From the NCBI GenBank assembly GCA_964595485.1, contig CAZQQN010000011.1:10669-74668 (forward strand): a stretch of 64,000 bases of DNA. Reading direction: 5' to 3'. Below the pieces are notes generated by a model that had not been told where the DNA came from, did not search any database, and saw nothing but the letters and a program-made list of their open reading frames with translations. Positions 9,708-18,975 of the stretch are shown piece by piece. Positions within the stretch are counted from its first letter, which is position 1; every line of letters begins with the position of its first letter. Made by a program: the position numbers and the translations under genes. This DNA is from an uncultured Sphingobacteriales bacterium. Its GTDB lineage: Bacteria; Bacteroidota; Bacteroidia; CAILMK01; CAYYUA01.

Positions 9708-10568
9708 ATGAAACTTGAAAATATCCAAAAAGTAGGAATTGTAGGATCAGGTACAATGGGGGCTACCATTGCCCAATTGGCTGCCCAGGCTGGTTGTTAT
9801 GTCAGCCTTTATGATATTAAGCAGGAAGCGTTGGAAAACGGCGAAGAGCGTATCCATAAAAACCTGGACGGTGCTGTAAACCGGAATAAAATCACTCAGG
9901 AGGATAAAGATCAAGCTGTTGAACGCATTCAGTTCACCAACAATTTTCAAGACCTGAAAGCGGATTTCATCCTTGAGGCTGTTATTGAGGATTTAGAAAC
10001 GAAACAAGACTTATTTCAAAAATTGGCAGAGCAAAATGATGGAAACACCATTCTGGCCACGAATACCTCTTCCATACCGATTACTCGAATAGCAGCAGAG
10101 GTTCCCAATCCGGAGCGGGTCGTTGGCATGCATTTTTTCAATCCTGCCCACGTAATGAAATTGGTTGAGGTTATTTCAGGTGTGGCTACCGATTCCGAAG
10201 TAGCAACGGTTATTTATGATTTTGCAGCCAAAATGGGGAAAGAACCCGTTCACGCGCAGGACTCCCCGGGTTTCATAGTAAATCGTATTGCTCGCCACTT
10301 TTACGTTGAGAGCCTTAAAACCGCTGAGGAAAATGTGGCTGACTTTAAAACCATTGATAATTTATTGGAAAGCAGTGGGTTCCGAATGGGCCCCTTTACC
10401 CTCATGGATTTGATCGGGGTTGATACGAATTTTGACGTAACCCGCACCATGTACGAAGCATTCCACTATGATCCTAAATTCCGTCCGAGCCGGGTTCAGG
10501 AAAGGAAAGTTGATGCTGGTCACCATGGTAAGAAGACTAAAAAAGGATTCTACGACTACAATGAGTAG
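9708..10568 (+). CDS. 3-hydroxyacyl-CoA / 3-hydroxybutyryl-CoA dehydrogenase
   Basis: 286 aa. Rossmann GIVGSGTMGATIAQ, NTSS and SPGFIVNRI blocks of the HBD family. Confidence 0.85.
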   Translation: MKLENIQKVGIVGSGTMGATIAQLAAQAGCYVSLYDIKQEALENGEERIHKNLDGAVNRNKITQEDKDQAVERIQFTNNFQDLKADFILEAVIEDLETKQDLFQKLAEQNDGNTILATNTSSIPITRIAAEVPNPERVVGMHFFNPAHVMKLVEVISGVATDSEVATVIYDFAAKMGKEPVHAQDSPGFIVNRIARHFYVESLKTAEENVADFKTIDNLLESSGFRMGPFTLMDLIGVDTNFDVTRTMYEAFHYDPKFRPSRVQERKVDAGHHGKKTKKGFYDYNE

Positions 10569-10635
10569 AAGCGCTTACCGGGGTAAATTTTAATAGACTG
10601 AACAGATTACCTTGACTTACTATTCGTACTGTAGC

Positions 10636-12249
10636 TTACTCTTTGTAAACTGCTTCAGATTTTTGATGAAAATTTTCAGCGCTTGACTGCATCATATCAT
10701 TGTGAAGATCTTCTGGATAGGGTGGTTTCAAAAGGGAATTCTCCGGTATATAAGGGAACAATTCATCCAGTCGCATTACTGACTTTGGGCCAATTCTCCG
10801 CTCTATAAAAGTTCGGTCCAAACTTTCAGGATTTCTGATGCCAGCGCTGCTCAACAATTCCCTAACACTCTTGATTGTATTCTTATGATAGTTAGCAAGC
10901 CGGTGTTTTTTGTCTTCTACAACAAGCCCGCGCTTAAGCTGAGGATCATGGGTGGTTACACCGGTGGGACAAGAATTGTTGTGACAACGTAACGCTTGGA
11001 TGCAGCCAATGGCCATCATCATAGCGCGACCGCTATTGATAACATCAGCTCCCAACGCCATTAGCCGAACAATATCAAAACCGGTAACGGCTTTACCACT
11101 TGCTACCAAACTGATATCCTTTTTAAGTCCAAAGCCATACAAGGCATTGTAAGCAAAAGTTAATCCTTCTATCAATGGCATTCCAACGGAATTACTGAAT
11201 TCAACGGGAGCAGCTCCGGTTCCACCTTCTGCTCCATCTATCGTTATAAAATCCGGTTTGATACCGGTTTCTATAATTGCTTTGCAAATTCCCAGAAATT
11301 CATTCTCGTGCCCGATACACAGCTTGAAGCCAACCGGTTTTCCATGGCAGCATTCGCGGAGATCCTGGACAAATTCCAATAATCCTTTAGGCGTTGAGAA
11401 TGCGGTATGATATGATGGAGAAATGACATCGCAAAAGGGTTCTATTTCCCGGGCTCTGGCAATTTCCTCGTTATTTTTTTTCGCTGGTAAAATACCGCCT
11501 TGTCCAGGCTTAGCCCCCTGGGAAAGCTTAATTTCTATCATTTTAACTTCCGGGCGCTGCGCATTTTTTCGAAAGCCATCTTTATCAAATTCCCCTTCAT
11601 TATTGCGACAGCCAAAGTAGCCGGTTCCGATTTGCCAAATTAAATCGCCGCCATAGTAAAGGTGATAATCACTTATACCCCCTTCTCCGGTATTTTGAGC
11701 AAAATGGCCAATTTTGGCACCACCGTTCATGGCTAATACGGCACGGTCACTTAGGGAACCAAAGCTCAACGCTGATGTATTAAAAATACTTGAATCGTAG
11801 GGTTGACTGCATTGGTCATTGCCTATAGTAACCCGCAGATCTTCTTCAATTATTGGTTCCGGAAGCGAAGAGTGCAATAACCAATCGTAACCAGGCGAAT
11901 CATAATCTAACTTGGTCCCGAATGGTTCTTTATCCAATACGCCTTTGGCACGCTGATAAACTATTGCTCTTCTAATGCGGTTAAAAGGCCGACCTTCAAC
12001 GTCTGACTCTATGAAATATTGATTGATTTCAGGTCGAATACCTTCAAAAATGTATCGAAAATGGCCGATTAGCGGAAAATTCCTTAGGATGGTGTGCTTA
12101 GATTGAATACTGTCATAAATCGACAAAGCAAAAAGTGGCCCCAGGATAATAAAAACCCATAAAACATCAGGTACAAAATATCCCCATACTAAAAAACCTA
12201 TGATTACTAATGTGAATAATATAAAGAAACCTCTTATGTGAAACGGCAT
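10636..12249 (-). CDS. FMN-binding glutamate synthase family protein (GltB domain-2-like), membrane anchored
   Basis: 537 aa. Two N-terminal TM helices, then the GltS FMN-domain blocks (QGAKPGQGGILP, ITIDGAEGGTGAAP, GRAMMMAIGCIQA). Confidence 0.85.
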   Translation of the reverse strand: MPFHIRGFFILFTLVIIGFLVWGYFVPDVLWVFIILGPLFALSIYDSIQSKHTILRNFPLIGHFRYIFEGIRPEINQYFIESDVEGRPFNRIRRAIVYQRAKGVLDKEPFGTKLDYDSPGYDWLLHSSLPEPIIEEDLRVTIGNDQCSQPYDSSIFNTSALSFGSLSDRAVLAMNGGAKIGHFAQNTGEGGISDYHLYYGGDLIWQIGTGYFGCRNNEGEFDKDGFRKNAQRPEVKMIEIKLSQGAKPGQGGILPAKKNNEEIARAREIEPFCDVISPSYHTAFSTPKGLLEFVQDLRECCHGKPVGFKLCIGHENEFLGICKAIIETGIKPDFITIDGAEGGTGAAPVEFSNSVGMPLIEGLTFAYNALYGFGLKKDISLVASGKAVTGFDIVRLMALGADVINSGRAMMMAIGCIQALRCHNNSCPTGVTTHDPQLKRGLVVEDKKHRLANYHKNTIKSVRELLSSAGIRNPESLDRTFIERRIGPKSVMRLDELFPYIPENSLLKPPYPEDLHNDMMQSSAENFHQKSEAVYKE

Positions 12250-12281
12250 TTTAAGTTAGGTTTTTGATTACCGCTATTTAA

Positions 12282-12289
12282 CAAAGCTA
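12282..12289 (-). promoter_or_regulatory. candidate -7 box for the GltB-like gene
   Basis: Reads TAGCTTTG on the minus strand, 32 nt upstream of ATG 12249. Confidence 0.45.
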
Positions 12290-12451
12290 AAGAATTAAGG
12301 TTGACTTTGACAAAGCGATGAAATGCAAACCTTTTTTAATTTGTTTGAATTGATGTAAAATAATTGTTATAAATATCTTCTTAATTACACTTTTAAGGAG
12401 TACTTCTTGTTTTATTTGGGTCGAATTAGAGCGAATATAATTGATAAAAGC

Positions 12452-12459
12452 TAACTTTG
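12452..12459 (+). promoter_or_regulatory. candidate -7 box for the CBS-like gene
   Basis: TAACTTTG, 24 nt upstream of ATG 12484. Confidence 0.45.
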
Positions 12460-12483
12460 CTCAAGAAAATAACGATTCCCCCT

Positions 12484-13854
12484 ATGTATTATAACAACGT
12501 ATTAGAGTTGATTGGTGGTACCCCACTGGTTAAACTAAATCGGCTTGCTGATAAAACAAAAGCAACCGTTTTAACCAAAGTGGAATCCTATAATCCCGGT
12601 AATTCGGTCAAAGATCGAATAGCCATAAGGATGATAGAAGATGCAGAAAAGCGAGGGGATTTAAAACCTGGCGGTACGATTATAGAAGGTACTTCGGGTA
12701 ATACAGGGATGGGATTGGCCATAGCTGCTATTGTTAAAGGTTATAAATGCATATGTACTGTAGCCGATAAACAATCCAAAGAAAAGATTGATATTTTAAA
12801 AGCTGTTGGTGCAGAGGTTATTGTATGCCCTTCAGCTGTTCCACCTGAAGATCCGAAATCCTATTACTCCGTAGCAAGCAAGCTTAACGAAGTGATACCG
12901 AATTCTTTTTACCCCAATCAATATGATAACCTGTCTAACACAGAAGCTCACTATCAGTGGACAGGTCCTGAAATATGGGAACAAACAGAAGGAAAAATTA
13001 CTCATTTCATTTGCGGGGTAGGTACAGGTGGTACTATCAGTGGTGTTGGTCGCTATCTTAAAGAAAAAAATCCCAATATTAAGGTTTGGGGTGTGGATCC
13101 TTTGGGATCTGCCTTTAAAGCTTATCATGAAACGGGGGAATTTAAAGAATCTGAAGTATATCCTTATCTTACCGAGGGAATCGGAGAGGATATCATTCCT
13201 GAAAATGTCGATTTTAGTGTCATTGACCATTTTGAGCAAGTATCTGATAAGGATGGTTACTTGATGACGAGGAAATTGGCTAAGCAGGAGGGTATTCTGG
13301 CAGGTAATTCATGTGGTTCTGCGGTTGCCGGCTTTTACCAATTACAACAACACCTCGGTAAGGATGACCTCGCAGTGATCTTGCTGCCTGACCATGCTAC
13401 CAGGTATTTAGGTAAAGCTTTCAATGATGAATGGATGCGGGAAAGAGGGTTTCTGGAAAGTGGTACCATTGCGGCACAGGATATCGTAAAAACCAAACAC
13501 GAAGGGGGGCTGATAACCATGCACAAATCTCACCCCGTATCAGAGGCCATAGCTTTAATGAAAGACAATGATATAGCCCAGCTTCCCATTGTCGATGAAA
13601 ATGGAGAAATGGTCGGTGCCATTAGCGAAAACCTTATTTACACAAAACTTCTGGATAATCCTGATTGCAAGCACTTGTCCGTAGAAAATATCATGGGCGA
13701 ACCTTTCCCGGAACTTGATAGCTCAGCTACTTACAACCAGGTCTCTTCTTTATTAGGGAAAGAAAACAATGCGGTGGTTATTCAGAACAAAGACGGTAGC
13801 CGCAACATTATAACGAAGTATGATGTTTTAAATGCCTTAACAGACACTCAATAA
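12484..13854 (+). CDS. cystathionine beta-synthase-like PLP enzyme (CysK fold + C-terminal CBS-domain pair)
   Basis: SVKDR PLP-lysine block, GTSGNTG, GVGTGGTISG, then two CBS motifs in the last ~120 aa. ATG 12484 is preferred because the TTG 12457 of the ORF track sits inside a TAACTTTG -7 box. Confidence 0.85.
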   Translation: MYYNNVLELIGGTPLVKLNRLADKTKATVLTKVESYNPGNSVKDRIAIRMIEDAEKRGDLKPGGTIIEGTSGNTGMGLAIAAIVKGYKCICTVADKQSKEKIDILKAVGAEVIVCPSAVPPEDPKSYYSVASKLNEVIPNSFYPNQYDNLSNTEAHYQWTGPEIWEQTEGKITHFICGVGTGGTISGVGRYLKEKNPNIKVWGVDPLGSAFKAYHETGEFKESEVYPYLTEGIGEDIIPENVDFSVIDHFEQVSDKDGYLMTRKLAKQEGILAGNSCGSAVAGFYQLQQHLGKDDLAVILLPDHATRYLGKAFNDEWMRERGFLESGTIAAQDIVKTKHEGGLITMHKSHPVSEAIALMKDNDIAQLPIVDENGEMVGAISENLIYTKLLDNPDCKHLSVENIMGEPFPELDSSATYNQVSSLLGKENNAVVIQNKDGSRNIITKYDVLNALTDTQ

Positions 13855-13889
13855 GTAAATTGTACCAATTAAGGGTTTAAAAGATTTTT

Positions 13890-14705
13890 ATGGGGCAAAA
13901 AAAAATCACGGATCAGATAGGATGTGATGTTACTATTCCTGGCTTTCCTCCCCAACGCATTGTTTCTCTGGTGCCCTCTCAAACAGAATTACTTTTTGAT
14001 CTTGGCCTTGGAGACCGAGTTGTTGGACTGACGCATTTTTGTATCCACCCAGAAGAGAAGGTAAAGGATAAAACTAAAATAGGTGGGACGAAAAAGATCA
14101 AAATTGACAGGGTTAAGGACCTGAATCCTGATCTTATTATTGCTAATAAAGAAGAGAACCAGAAAGAGCAAGTGGATGAATTAAAGTCTCATTTCCCGGT
14201 TTGGGTGAGTGATGTCAAGGGGTTAGATTCTGCTCTCAAAATGATTGAGGCTGTTGGGGCATTGGTAGCTAAGCAAAATGCGGCACAGGAATTGGTTGAT
14301 CGGATCAATGCTGGTTTTCAGGCTATTCCGACAATTGCTCCTGTTAATACACTTTACTTCATTTGGCGGAAACCTTACATGGCATCTGGCGGTGATACTT
14401 TCATCCACAATATGCTAACAAGGCTGGGTATTACAAATGCACTGCGAGATTCTTATCGTTACCCGGAATTATCAGTGGAAGACATTCAAAGCATCAATCC
14501 GGACCTTATTCTATTGTCTTCTGAGCCTTATCCTTTCAAGGAACAGCATATCCAAGAACTAAAAGGTATTACTCCAAGCGCGGAAATCCATCTCGTGGAT
14601 GGGTCTATGTTTTCCTGGTATGGCAGCCGGATGCTCAAAGCTGTTGACTATTTCCAGGATTTGGCAAAAGTTTTAAAAAAGCCTGCTACCAAGGAAAATC
14701 CCTGA
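13890..14705 (+). CDS. BtuF/FhuD-like periplasmic-binding-protein fold (cobalamin-binding / helical backbone metal receptor family)
   Basis: 271 aa. [29 protein letters not shown] and [11 protein letters not shown] blocks typical of Peripla_BP_2 proteins. No obvious signal peptide. Confidence 0.6.
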   Translation: MGQKKITDQIGCDVTIPGFPPQRIVSLVPSQTELLFDLGLGDRVVGLTHFCIHPEEKVKDKTKIGGTKKIKIDRVKDLNPDLIIANKEENQKEQVDELKSHFPVWVSDVKGLDSALKMIEAVGALVAKQNAAQELVDRINAGFQAIPTIAPVNTLYFIWRKPYMASGGDTFIHNMLTRLGITNALRDSYRYPELSVEDIQSINPDLILLSSEPYPFKEQHIQELKGITPSAEIHLVDGSMFSWYGSRMLKAVDYFQDLAKVLKKPATKENP

Positions 14706-14714
14706 GGGATTTTT
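14695..14714 (+). terminator. rho-independent terminator overlapping the stop codon of the BtuF-like gene
   Basis: AAAATCCC-tga-GGGATTTT followed by further T residues. The loop is the TGA stop. Confidence 0.6.
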
Positions 14715-14821
14715 TAGCGTTAAAAGCAGTCTAAAGTTTTTAATTATAGTTAAATTCCCTTTGTCCCTCTCTAATGCTTTCTAAGGTAAAATCTTGAAAA
14801 TATTCAGGGGTTTTCAACCTA

Positions 14822-16243
14822 TTAAGGGAAAACACCAAAGGACTCGTAACTGGCTACCAATTTATTAATACCATTGATAAAGGAGGCCATTCTTAAATCC
14901 GGAATGGCAGGGTTTTGCTTCTTTATTTCCCGTATTTCGTTAAAAGCAAATACCATGGTTTCTTCTAATCCGGAACGAACCAGATCGATCTCCTCACCTC
15001 CATGGATTAATAATTCCCTTTGATGTTCTGGAAGCTTAGTATTCGAAGATTCTTCGATGGCTTTTACTATGCGGCGATTATTCCCTTCCTCAAGCCTTTT
15101 ACCCATACGTCCGAACCTGACATGGGATAAGTTTTTAAGCCATTCAAAGTAGGAAACGGTTACGCCACCAGCATTGAGATAGAGGTCTGGGATAATTAAG
15201 ATATTACGTTTATTCAGGATATCTTCTGCTTCTTTAGTAACGGGTCCATTAGCCGCTTCGGCAATGATCTTTGCCTTAATGCGTGAAGCATTATGGCTGG
15301 TTATTTGATTTTCAAGAGCGGCAGGCAGGAGGATGTCACATTCCATTTCCAAAGCTTCTGATCTATCATGAACGTTTTTTGCTCCGGGGAAATCACAAAT
15401 CGAACGGTTTTTTCTACGATGATTAACAACATCGTCTACATCTAATCCATCATCTGAGTAGATAGCCCCCTCTTGTTCGGCGATGCAAATGATATTGGCT
15501 CCTTGGTCCTGGCAAAATTTAGCTGCATGGTATCCAACATTGCCGACACCTTGCAGAATAATTTTTTTGCCTTCCAGGCCGGTTTTAAGGTTAAGCGCTT
15601 TCATGTCTTCACTTGAGGATACGGCCTCACGTATCCCATAGTAAACCCCTAATCCGGTGGCTTCAACCCGGCCGCGAATTCCACCTTGCCCTACAGGCTT
15701 ACCTGTAGTGCAGGCTAAAACATTCGGGTCATCAGACTGAAAAGCCATGTAAGTATCAGTGATCCAAGCCATTTCCTGAGAGCCCGACCCATAATCAGGT
15801 GCAGGAACATCAATGCCTGGCCCTATCATTTTTTTCTTGATCATTTCTGTCGTGTAACGCCTTGTAACAGCTTCAAGCTGTTTTTCGGAATAATGACCCG
15901 GATTTATCCGAATCCCACCTTTAGCCCCTCCAAAAGGGACATCAACTATGGCACACTTAAAGGACATGAGCGTGGCAAGTGCATTGACTTCATCCTCATC
16001 CGCGCTTGGTGAAAAGCGGATACCGCCTTTGGTTGGTGTTTTGTGATGGCTATGTTGAACACGTATCCCTTCAAAAGTTTCTACTTGTTCGTTGATTTTT
16101 ATAGGAAACCTGACTTTGTAAATTCCATTGCAGTTCTTGATTTGTTCTAATAAACCGGGATCATGATTTGTATATCCAATTGCTTTACTGAAGTAGCTGT
16201 GTACATCATTTAATAGCTTAGAGCCATTGCTAGTTTTTCCCAT
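14822..16243 (-). CDS. glutamate dehydrogenase (Glu/Leu/Phe/Val dehydrogenase family), animal GLUD-like subtype
   Basis: 473 aa. Catalytic block KGGIRFS...VDVPFGGAKGGIRINP and Rossmann GVGNVG. Long collinear similarity to vertebrate GLUD1 as I recall it (PGIDVPAPD, SYFEWLKNL.HV..GR). Confidence 0.9.
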   Translation of the reverse strand: MGKTSNGSKLLNDVHSYFSKAIGYTNHDPGLLEQIKNCNGIYKVRFPIKINEQVETFEGIRVQHSHHKTPTKGGIRFSPSADEDEVNALATLMSFKCAIVDVPFGGAKGGIRINPGHYSEKQLEAVTRRYTTEMIKKKMIGPGIDVPAPDYGSGSQEMAWITDTYMAFQSDDPNVLACTTGKPVGQGGIRGRVEATGLGVYYGIREAVSSSEDMKALNLKTGLEGKKIILQGVGNVGYHAAKFCQDQGANIICIAEQEGAIYSDDGLDVDDVVNHRRKNRSICDFPGAKNVHDRSEALEMECDILLPAALENQITSHNASRIKAKIIAEAANGPVTKEAEDILNKRNILIIPDLYLNAGGVTVSYFEWLKNLSHVRFGRMGKRLEEGNNRRIVKAIEESSNTKLPEHQRELLIHGGEEIDLVRSGLEETMVFAFNEIREIKKQNPAIPDLRMASFINGINKLVASYESFGVFP

Positions 16244-16314
16244 GGCTGATATCGTATTTTAAGTATTTTAAAATATAAGTCACCCTTAATTTTATGCTAA
16301 CACTTATATTGGTT

Positions 16315-16322
16315 CAAACTTA
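16315..16322 (-). promoter_or_regulatory. candidate -7 box for the GDH gene
   Basis: Reads TAAGTTTG on the minus strand, 71 nt upstream of ATG 16243. Confidence 0.35.
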
Positions 16323-16487
16323 TAAAATTCGGCCTAGATAACCAATTTGAGCTGTTTGGATTAAGGCGGTTTTTTCCGTTGGTATAATGTTCAGTGCTCC
16401 AATGTGCATGCTTTAACCAACGATCATTGGTATTACCAAGGGGCTAAGGTAATGTTTTAAATTCGATAATACCCAGCTTTTCACCAA

Positions 16488-17678
16488 TTACTTTTTTACC
16501 TTCATGGGATCGTATGGATATTCAGATTCGTAAACTGTTCTCACCAATGTTACAATCTGATTTTTTAATTCCTGGATGTTCTCACGCTTTGTTGCGGAAA
16601 TAAAGACTGCATTCGTATTGTTCTTGGCTATCCAGGACTGCTTTAGGGCATAAAGGTTATTTAATTCTTCCTGTCTTTCTCCGTTAACAGAATTCTCAGA
16701 AAGCCTTTGGTCCATTTTATTAAAAACTGTTATAGTTGGCTTGCCCTCCGCTTTGATTTCTTTCAATGTTTGGTTAACGATATGGATCTGTTGTTCAAAA
16801 TTGTCGTGGGAAAGGTCAACGACATGCAGCAGTATATCAGCTTCTCTGACTTCATCAAGCGTGGATTTGAAGCTCTCTACCAGGCTGTGTGGTAGTTTTC
16901 GGATAAAACCTACTGTATCCGAGATTAAGAAAGGCACTTCGTCCAATACAATTTTCCGGACTGTGGTATCCAAAGTGGCAAAAAGTTGATTTTCGGCGGT
17001 AATTTCTGACTCACTCAGCTTATTCAATAAAGTAGATTTTCCGCTGTTCGTATAGCCTACCAGCGCAACCCGAACCTTTTGGTCCCTGTTTTTTCTTTGA
17101 GTGGCATTTTGCTTATCAATTTTCTCTAATTTCTGTTCGAGTTGCTTGATCTTTTTGTGGATCATTCGCCTATCGGTCTCAATTTCCTTTTCACCCGGGC
17201 CTTTGGTACCAATACCGCCTTGCTGCCTTGAATGGTGTGTCCACATCCTGGTTAAACGTGGTAAAATGTACTGATATTGGGCCAATTCCACTTGCGTTTT
17301 GGCCTGTGATGTTTTTGCTCTTTTGGAGAAAATATCAAGAATGAGGTTAGTTCTGTCCAGAACTTTACAGTTCAGAACATTCTCAATATTCTTAAACTGG
17401 GAGGGAGAGAGCTCTTCATCAAAAATAACAAGCTTTGTACCTGTTTCCTCAAGGTAGGTTTTGATTTCCTCCAGCTTACCATTGCCTATGAGCGTTTTGG
17501 GGTTGGGTTTAAATATTTTTTGCTGGAATTGTTTGGTTGTCTTGGCTCCGGCAGCTTCAGTAAGTAATGCTAACTCATCCAGGTGCTCCCGGGCTGTTTT
17601 TTTACTTTCTTTTCCTTCTATTATCCCAACTAATACTGCATTTTCCTTATTGACTGACTGATTAATGAAATCTTTCAT
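16488..17678 (-). CDS. hflX: ribosome-associated GTPase HflX
   Basis: 396 aa. HflX N-domain (LDELALLTEAAG), coiled linker, G1 GYTNSGKSTL, G3 DTVGFI, G4 NKMD. Confidence 0.92.
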   Translation of the reverse strand: MKDFINQSVNKENAVLVGIIEGKESKKTAREHLDELALLTEAAGAKTTKQFQQKIFKPNPKTLIGNGKLEEIKTYLEETGTKLVIFDEELSPSQFKNIENVLNCKVLDRTNLILDIFSKRAKTSQAKTQVELAQYQYILPRLTRMWTHHSRQQGGIGTKGPGEKEIETDRRMIHKKIKQLEQKLEKIDKQNATQRKNRDQKVRVALVGYTNSGKSTLLNKLSESEITAENQLFATLDTTVRKIVLDEVPFLISDTVGFIRKLPHSLVESFKSTLDEVREADILLHVVDLSHDNFEQQIHIVNQTLKEIKAEGKPTITVFNKMDQRLSENSVNGERQEELNNLYALKQSWIAKNNTNAVFISATKRENIQELKNQIVTLVRTVYESEYPYDPMKVKK

Positions 17679-17854
17679 GTATGGTATTTCATCCTGTTTT
17701 TTTCGAAAATAATGATTAAAACCTTTTCATGACCCTACAAAAAATAAAAACAAAGGGTTTTTGATAAGCGGAAAAGCTTTGCCTTTAATTTATACAAGTT
17801 TGTGCCTTGCTGCCTTTTTTATTATTTTGTAAAAGTATTGAATAATCGACTGTT

Positions 17855-18778
17855 TTGACCAAAACGATTCTTAAAGGGAGGGTTTTAAGCACAACCGGTA
17901 CTTGGCACTCTATTATTGGAGATGATGAGCAATATTACCAATGTAGTATAAGCGGTAAGTTTAGAATACAGGATCGCCTGAATGCAAATAATCCCGTTTC
18001 GGTTGGGGATTTTGTCCGGTTTGAATTAAGCGATAAAGGTGACAAGGGTGTTATTGTGAGTATTGAGGATCGCAGGAACTACCTTATTCGGCAGTCTCCA
18101 AAACAATCTTCCCAGGTCCATGTTATGGGAGCCAATATTGACCAGGCCGTTTGTGTTGTAACGTTGAACTATCCGCGCGTTAAACAAGGTTTCCTGGACC
18201 GTTTTCTTGTTACTGCTAACGCGTACGGCATCGAAGCTTTGATTGTTGTCAATAAAAATGACCTTTACACTGGCAAATTAAGGGAAAAGCGGGACGATTT
18301 AGCACGGCTATACAGAAGTATTGGCTATTCTGTAACTTTTGTATCAGCTAAAACAGGTGGCGATACAAGTATCCTTAAGAATCAAATGGTTGGCAGAACG
18401 AACCTGATTACAGGTTTTTCCGGTGTTGGTAAATCATCCTTGCTAAATGCGATTTACGGGCTAAGCATTAAAACCGACACTGTTTCTCATGCTACGGGTA
18501 AAGGAAAGCACGTAACCTCATTTTCAAAAATGTATCCTGTGCAGGATGATACTTATGTGATTGACACCCCGGGTATCAAAGAATTTGGGTTAGTTGGCTT
18601 TGAACCTTATGAAATCAGTCATTTTTTCCCTGAAATGGAGCCTTATTTGGATAAATGCCAATTTAACGATTGTTTGCATATCAATGAACCTGGTTGCGCT
18701 GTGAAAGATGCCCTGGAAAATAACTTAATTAGCGAAAAACGCTATTACAGCTACCAACGTATTGTTGAAAGCCTTTAA
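17855..18778 (+). CDS. rsgA: ribosome small-subunit-dependent GTPase A
   Basis: 307 aa. OB-fold N-terminus, circularly permuted GTPase (VVNKNDL ... GFSGVGKSSLLN), C-terminal Zn knuckle CQFNDCLHINEPGC. TTG start. Confidence 0.9.
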   Translation: MTKTILKGRVLSTTGTWHSIIGDDEQYYQCSISGKFRIQDRLNANNPVSVGDFVRFELSDKGDKGVIVSIEDRRNYLIRQSPKQSSQVHVMGANIDQAVCVVTLNYPRVKQGFLDRFLVTANAYGIEALIVVNKNDLYTGKLREKRDDLARLYRSIGYSVTFVSAKTGGDTSILKNQMVGRTNLITGFSGVGKSSLLNAIYGLSIKTDTVSHATGKGKHVTSFSKMYPVQDDTYVIDTPGIKEFGLVGFEPYEISHFFPEMEPYLDKCQFNDCLHINEPGCAVKDALENNLISEKRYYSYQRIVESL

Positions 18779-18975
18779 AAACACCAAGTGAAATTTTAGG
18801 AATTACTTAAGGAACGTTTAAATAAAGCTAACTAAATGTCACATGAAAAATTTTTTAGATCTTTACAAAATATTTTATACAGTTGCATAGGTATCAATGG
18901 GGGACTGGAAAAAGGAAAGCAACCGGCATACTATTCAGTATTTTTTAAGTTTTTATAACGTACGCTGTTAGGTTT

